Source: Hyalangium minutum | Lineage (GTDB): Bacteria; Myxococcota; Myxococcia; Myxococcales; Myxococcaceae | Assembly: GCF_000737315.1 (NCBI RefSeq) | Contig: NZ_JMCB01000007.1 | Coordinates: 310,001 to 374,000, forward strand | Direction of reading: 5' to 3' | DNA length: 64,000 nt | In this document: positions 59,155-64,000 of the stretch, one piece after another | How positions within the stretch are numbered: position 1 is the stretch's first letter | Layout of the letters: the number at the start of each line of letters is the position of its first letter | Program-made: the position numbers and the translations under genes | Notes under the pieces: generated by a model | The model's database searches: none | Told to the model about the DNA's origin: nothing | Seen by the model: the letters and a program-made list of their open reading frames with translations, nothing else

Positions 59155-59729
59155 CAGGACGACACGGTATCGAAGGGCAGCGGTTGCCAGGGGCAGACGA
59201 CCTCATCGAACTCCTCGTTGATCAGCTGTAGGCCCTCCCGCGAGGCCACGGGGACTGCGGCCACCAACGTCCGGGCGCCCGTGCGGCGCACCAGGCCCGC
59301 AGCGTCCCGGAGCAGGAGCCCCTGGGCTGCGCCCTCGTCCACGATGAGGGCGATGCGTCCGTGGAGGGTGGGGGGTGGGGCGGGGGGACGAAGCGTGTGA
59401 ATGCGCTGGCGGAGGCGGCGCCACGCGAAGGCGGTGGCTTGGCGCAGTGGCTCGTCGTTGACTCCCAGCGCGTTGATGACGGGCTCGTGGAGCTGTTGCG
59501 AGGGTGGCCAGCCGAGCAGCCCCAGAGTGATGTCTCCCCGGGGCGAGGTGATGGGCTCCAGGAAGCACAGCTCCAGGGGCACCGCGAGGTGCCGCGCCAC
59601 CTCGAAGGCGATGGGCACTCCCCCGTTCGGAATGCCGAGCACGGTGACGTCATGCCGTCCTGCGTAGCGGGACAGTGAGCGGGCAAGCACCTCGCCCGCG
59701 TGAGAGCGGTGAGAGAAGGGCGTGATCAT
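59049..59729 (-). CDS. Phosphoribosyltransferase-like protein with degenerate PRPP motif
   Basis: F..RSHAG..LA, VLGIPNGGVP, AVPVAS, YSDFRPVTEDEV; PRPP loop reads IVDEGAAQG. The 3' end overlaps the glycosylase gene. Confidence 0.75.
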   Translation of the reverse strand: MITPFSHRSHAGEVLARSLSRYAGRHDVTVLGIPNGGVPIAFEVARHLAVPLELCFLEPITSPRGDITLGLLGWPPSQQLHEPVINALGVNDEPLRQATAFAWRRLRQRIHTLRPPAPPPTLHGRIALIVDEGAAQGLLLRDAAGLVRRTGARTLVAAVPVASREGLQLINEEFDEVVCPWQPLPFDTVSSCYSDFRPVTEDEVRSLLLRAWGDWGRADLEGSSAS

Positions 59730-59874
59730 CTGGACGGAACCTGAGGAGCAAGCCTGGGCACGGCAAACAGGGGCCGCTCGCCCGGCTGCTCTCGTGCCCA
59801 GGGGCTTCCAAGGGAGCCTGCCTTGCGGCGCGTCCCCACCGTCCTCACCCCTTGAGACAAAGGAGCCATCGCTC

Positions 59875-61023
59875 ATGCGTGCTTTGACTTATCAAGGGCC
59901 TTACCGGGTCCGTGTGGAGAACAAGCCTGATCCGACCATCGAGCACCCGCAGGACGTGGTGCTGAAGGTGACGCGGACGGCCATCTGTGGTTCGGACCTG
60001 CACCTGCTGCACGGTCTCATCGCAGACACCCGCGTGGGCTGCACGTTCGGGCACGAGTTCATGGGAGTGGTGGAGGAGACAGGGCGCGAGGTGAAAACCC
60101 TGCGCAAGGGCGACCGCGTGGTGGTGCCGTTCAACATCTCCTGCGGCATGTGCTTCTACTGTCAGCGCTCGCTCACGGCGCTGTGTGAGAACTCCAACCC
60201 GTGCAGCGATCTGGCCTCGGGCGTGTACGGGTACTCGCACACCACGGGCGGCTTCGAGGGCGGCCAGGCCGAGTATGTGCGCGTGCCCTACGCGGACGTC
60301 GGCCCTCTGAAGGTGCCCGAGGACATGGAGGACGAGGAGGTGCTCTTCCTCAGCGACATCCTCCCCACGGGCTACCAGGGCGCGGAGATGGGAGAGATCC
60401 AGGCCGGTGAGACGGTGGTGGTGTTTGGCTGTGGCCCCGTGGGCCTGTTCGCCATGAAGTCCGCATGGCTGATGGGCGCCGGGCGCGTCATCGCCGTGGA
60501 CCACATTCCGTACCGGCTGACCTTCGCGGAGCAGTACGCGAAGGTGGAGACGGTGAACTTCAAGGAGGTAGGGGACGTGGTGATGCACCTCCGCGAGATG
60601 TGCGGCGGCCGCGGCGCGGACGTGTGCATTGACGCGGTGGGCATGGAGGCCGAGGGCTCCACCATGCACAAGATGCTGGGCCTGGCGAAGCTCGAGGCCG
60701 GCGCTCCCACGGCCATCAACTGGAGCATCGACACCGTGCGCAAGGGGGGCAACGTGTCGATCATCGGCGTGTACGGCCCGCCGTGGAACCTGATCAACAT
60801 CGGCACGGCGATGAACAAGGGCCTGACGCTGCGGATGAACCAGTGCAACGTGCGCCGGTACATGCCTCGGCTGCTGGAGCACATCCGCGAGGGCCGTATC
60901 GACGCCAAGGGCATCATCACCCACCGCTTCCCGCTGGAGGACGCGGCGCACGCCTACCACCTGTTCGCCCAGAAGCGGGACAACTGCATCAAGTGCGTCC
61001 TGGTTCCCCACGGGCACGCCTGA
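59875..61023 (+). CDS. Zinc-dependent alcohol dehydrogenase (glutathione-independent formaldehyde dehydrogenase-like)
   Basis: AICGSDLH, GHEFMG, CGMCFYC...C, LSDILPTG, GCGPVG, CIKCVL. Confidence 0.92.
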   Translation: MRALTYQGPYRVRVENKPDPTIEHPQDVVLKVTRTAICGSDLHLLHGLIADTRVGCTFGHEFMGVVEETGREVKTLRKGDRVVVPFNISCGMCFYCQRSLTALCENSNPCSDLASGVYGYSHTTGGFEGGQAEYVRVPYADVGPLKVPEDMEDEEVLFLSDILPTGYQGAEMGEIQAGETVVVFGCGPVGLFAMKSAWLMGAGRVIAVDHIPYRLTFAEQYAKVETVNFKEVGDVVMHLREMCGGRGADVCIDAVGMEAEGSTMHKMLGLAKLEAGAPTAINWSIDTVRKGGNVSIIGVYGPPWNLINIGTAMNKGLTLRMNQCNVRRYMPRLLEHIREGRIDAKGIITHRFPLEDAAHAYHLFAQKRDNCIKCVLVPHGHA

Positions 61024-61037
61024 GAGAGGACACAGCC

Positions 61038-61415
61038 ATGATGAACGAACAGATCGTGGGCAAGGGCGCGGACGCGGATCCTGCCAACCGTCCTGGGATT
61101 CCGATGGAGACGGAGCCGGCACCGCTGGCAGGGGCGCAGATGCCCATCGAGCCCCAGAAGTCGGACTACCCGGTGCTGATGCACGGCGGGAAGCAGAAGA
61201 TGCCGCCGGTGTTCGGGACGGCCTCGCCGCCCAAGGCGCTGAGCGGGCTCATCCGGAAGGCGGCCTACAAGTACCCGGACCACTGGGCCCGGCACTGGAT
61301 GATGCTGATGATGGCGGACCGGGTGGACTCGTGGGAGCACAACCTGCGGAGGGTTCTTCCATTGGCCGCAGTCGTCCTCGTCGGCGGCCTGACGTACAAG
61401 CTGATCCGCCGCTGA
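61038..61415 (+). CDS. Small hypothetical protein with C-terminal TM segment
   Basis: AGAGGA ribosome-binding site; PPVFGT..PP..LSG.IR..AY...H...HW..L..ADRVD motif of a conserved small-protein family; follows the dehydrogenase. Confidence 0.75.
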   Translation: MMNEQIVGKGADADPANRPGIPMETEPAPLAGAQMPIEPQKSDYPVLMHGGKQKMPPVFGTASPPKALSGLIRKAAYKYPDHWARHWMMLMMADRVDSWEHNLRRVLPLAAVVLVGGLTYKLIRR

Positions 61416-61434
61416 GCGGGCGGCGGTAGCTCCG

Positions 61435-62676
61435 TCAGGAGCTGGGCTGCGGGGCGGGAGCGTCCTTCTGCTCCCGCAGCGGCAGCAGCAGGAACAGGAA
61501 GGCCGCTGAGAGCCCCGCGCCCAGCAGGAATACCTGGGCGTAGCTCCAGTGCGCCCGGTCGAAGAGCTGCCCCGCAATGGGGCCTGCGGGAGCTTTACCC
61601 GCAACCTCAATGCTGGCGAAGAGCGTGTAGTGGGTTGCGCCGACGCGGCGGTCTACCCGGGACATCATGAAGGCGAACACCACCGTCGTCAGTGCCCCGC
61701 CGAAGAACTCCTCGGCGATGGTGACGCCGATGACGCCCGCCTCCGTCACGCCCGTCTGTGCGAGCCACCAGCGGCCCAGCAAGGGGAATAGCCGTAGCGT
61801 TGTCGTCAGCGCGAGCGCGCGGAACAACGGCACCCGCGTTGCGAGCAGGCCGCCCAGCGCCGAGCCGAGGATGGAGGCTCCCTGCCCCCAGGTTCCGACC
61901 CAGAGGCCGATCTGCTCGGGCCGGATGCCCGCATCGACGAGGAAGAGCTTGTAGAGCACGTCGGACATCGTCTCGCCGAGCTTGTAGGTGCCGATGAACA
62001 GCAGCATCCACGCCGTTCCCGGCAGCAGCAGGGCCTCCTTGAGCTGTCCGAGCACCTCGCGCCAGCTCTTGCGCTCCTCCGAGCCCGAGGACTCCCGGGG
62101 CGCGGGCTCTCTCGTGAAGGCCATGAGCGTGAACACGGAGAGAGACAAGGCTGCCATGGAGAGGAACAGCCCCTTCCAGCCGATGTACTGGCTGGCCCAG
62201 ACGAGCAGCCCGCCTCCAGTGAGCATTCCCAGCTTGTAGCCCACCACCTGCGCGGCGTTGCCGAAGCCCAGCTCCTCGGGTCGCAGCGAGTCCACCGCGA
62301 ATCCGTCCACCGCGATGTCCTGGGTGGCTGCGAAGAGGTTCATCAGGAAGATGAGCCCGAGCAGCGCAGGCAGCGCTCCCTCCACGGGGACGAAGGCCGC
62401 GACGGCACAGGTGGCCGCCAGCGCTGCCTGGAGCGGGAGGATCCACGACTTGCGCCGGCCGATGCGGGCTGAGCCGTAGCGGTCCACCAGCGGCGCCCAC
62501 AGCGCCTTGAACAGCCACGGCAGCGCCAGCAACCCGATGAAGCCAATGGCTCCCACCGAGACGCCCTGCATGCGCAGGTAGACGGGGAGCGCCGTGGCCT
62601 GGAACCCAAAGGGCATGCCCTGAACGAAGTAGAGGGCGCTCAGCAACCCCAGCTTGCGGACAGAGAGCTTCTTCAC
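61435..62676 (-). CDS. MFS transporter (AmpG/RhtX-like)
   Basis: LYFVQGMPFG, PWLFKALWAPLVD, GRRKSW, ATQDIAVDG, ATHYTL; GTG start at 62676 preferred. Confidence 0.9.
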   Translation of the reverse strand: MKKLSVRKLGLLSALYFVQGMPFGFQATALPVYLRMQGVSVGAIGFIGLLALPWLFKALWAPLVDRYGSARIGRRKSWILPLQAALAATCAVAAFVPVEGALPALLGLIFLMNLFAATQDIAVDGFAVDSLRPEELGFGNAAQVVGYKLGMLTGGGLLVWASQYIGWKGLFLSMAALSLSVFTLMAFTREPAPRESSGSEERKSWREVLGQLKEALLLPGTAWMLLFIGTYKLGETMSDVLYKLFLVDAGIRPEQIGLWVGTWGQGASILGSALGGLLATRVPLFRALALTTTLRLFPLLGRWWLAQTGVTEAGVIGVTIAEEFFGGALTTVVFAFMMSRVDRRVGATHYTLFASIEVAGKAPAGPIAGQLFDRAHWSYAQVFLLGAGLSAAFLFLLLPLREQKDAPAPQPSS

Positions 62677-62729
62677 GGGAGGCCTGGGGGCATGGACGCC
62701 ATCACGGGGTGGATTATCGTCCAGCAACC

Positions 62730-63830
62730 ATGGAGAGGCCATCGTTGGAGAACCTGGAGACGCCCGCCGCGCTGGTAGACCTGGAGCGCGTCGATGCCAA
62801 CCTGCGGCGTGTGGATGCCTACGCCCGGCAGCACGGCCTGCGCTGGCGGCCACACACGAAGACGCACAAGGTCCCCGTGCTCGCGGAGCTTCAGGTCCGG
62901 GCTGGGGCGTCCGGCGTCACGGTGGCCACGCCCCACGAAGCGGAGGTGATGAGTGCGGCCTCCAGCGATGTGTTCCTTGCCTATCCTCCCGTGGGCGCCG
63001 CCCGCCTCGAACGGTTGATGAGGCTCTCTGCGCACGTCCAGCTCTCGGTGGGGCTCGATTCCCGCGAAGTGCTCGAGGGACTGAGCGCCGCCGCGAAAAA
63101 GGCCGGGCGTACGGTGGGCGTTCTGGTGGAGATGGACTTGGGCATGCGGCGGGTGGGCGTGCAGCAGCCGGCGGAAGCGGTGGCACTGGCTCGGGCCATC
63201 CAGGCGGCGGAGGCCGTCGAGTACCGCGGCGTCACGTTCTACCCGGGGCACGTCCGTGCTCCCGTGGCGTCGCAGGACTCAGCGCTGAACGCGGTGTCCG
63301 TGCGCCTGGCGGAGTTCCTCGAGGTGCTGTCCAGCGCGGGGCTGCGCCCCCAAGTGGTGAGCGGAGGCTCCACGCCCACCCTCTGGCGCTCGCACGAGGT
63401 GCACGGGCTGACGGAGATCCGTCCCGGCGTGAACATCCTCAATGATCGCAACTCCGCCGCCGTGGGGGCCTGCGCCTGGGAGGATTGCGCCTACTCGGTG
63501 CTGGCCACGGTGGTGAGCACCACCGTCCCCGGGCAGGCCGTCATTGATGCGGGCGCCAAGGCGCTGGCGAAGGAGGAGGGGCTCGCGCCGGAGGGCGGGT
63601 ACGGCGCGCTCCTGGATCGGCCGGACGTGGTGCTCCGGAGCCTCTCCGAGGAGCACGGCCTGCTGGATCTCTCGAAGACGGAGTGGCGGCCTCGCGTGGG
63701 AGACCGTGTGCGGGTGGTGCCGAACCATGTCTGCGTCTCGGTGAACCTGCACGAACGGCTCTGGGCGGTGCGGAAGGGGGCGGTGGAGCAGGCATGGGCC
63801 ATCACGGGCCGGGGCTGGGGCGCTCCATGA
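62730..63830 (+). CDS. PLP-dependent D-threonine aldolase / D-serine dehydratase family (alanine racemase fold)
   Basis: ETPAALVD, RPHTKTHK, RRVGV, SGGSTPT, EIRPG, DAGAK, SEEHG, PNHVC. Confidence 0.9.
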   Translation: MERPSLENLETPAALVDLERVDANLRRVDAYARQHGLRWRPHTKTHKVPVLAELQVRAGASGVTVATPHEAEVMSAASSDVFLAYPPVGAARLERLMRLSAHVQLSVGLDSREVLEGLSAAAKKAGRTVGVLVEMDLGMRRVGVQQPAEAVALARAIQAAEAVEYRGVTFYPGHVRAPVASQDSALNAVSVRLAEFLEVLSSAGLRPQVVSGGSTPTLWRSHEVHGLTEIRPGVNILNDRNSAAVGACAWEDCAYSVLATVVSTTVPGQAVIDAGAKALAKEEGLAPEGGYGALLDRPDVVLRSLSEEHGLLDLSKTEWRPRVGDRVRVVPNHVCVSVNLHERLWAVRKGAVEQAWAITGRGWGAP

Positions 63831-63905
63831 ATATGAAATAGCACCGCTCGGCGGAACCCCGAGGCCTGTGAGGGTGTTCCAGGAGGGCGTTCCTGGAGGA
63901 CTCTC

Positions 63906-64000
63906 ATGGTGCTCACCCTCGGACTGCTGAGCCTGGTCACGGTGGTTCCCACCGCCGCAGTGGAGATCGAGGTGTTCGTGCCGCTGTGCGACAACGCCCT
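63906..64000 (+). CDS. Partial exported protein (5' end only)
   Basis: GGAGGA ribosome-binding site, then MVLTLGLLSLVTVVPTAAVEIEVFVPLCDNA running off the window. Confidence 0.6.
   Translation, partial: MVLTLGLLSLVTVVPTAAVEIEVFVPLCDNA

Overview
High-GC myxobacterial chromosome segment, inferred from gene content (probably Cystobacterineae/Archangiaceae). The core backbone carries glycogen/trehalose genes (partial glgC, treY, glgX), an FHA-GGDEF cyclase and a five-gene ether-lipid operon matching elbA-E. It also carries a SWIB-domain protein, an adenylate cyclase-STAND-TPR protein, terC/apaG/hemH, Sua5, a Gld-like ABC system and several stress/redox genes. Two accessory regions interrupt it. 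The first (about 1.9-9.5 kb) has a KaiC-like ATPase with a hybrid kinase, a SitA6/SitI6 toxin-immunity pair and an internally deleted second copy of that pair. The second (about 46.6-53.1 kb) is a type I R-M operon reduced to hsdM', hsdS' and hsdR' fragments, with a kinase/immunity/toxin/immunity cassette sitting at the hsdM-hsdS junction. The most unusual module is a four-gene operon in which a GvpA-like protein with a polar, Pro-rich replacement of its shell-forming hairpin and a short GvpF/L protein bracket a PAS-PAS histidine kinase and a response regulator. No rRNA, tRNA, CRISPR array, transposase or integrase was recognised. All family assignments come from motif recognition by eye, not from database searches.
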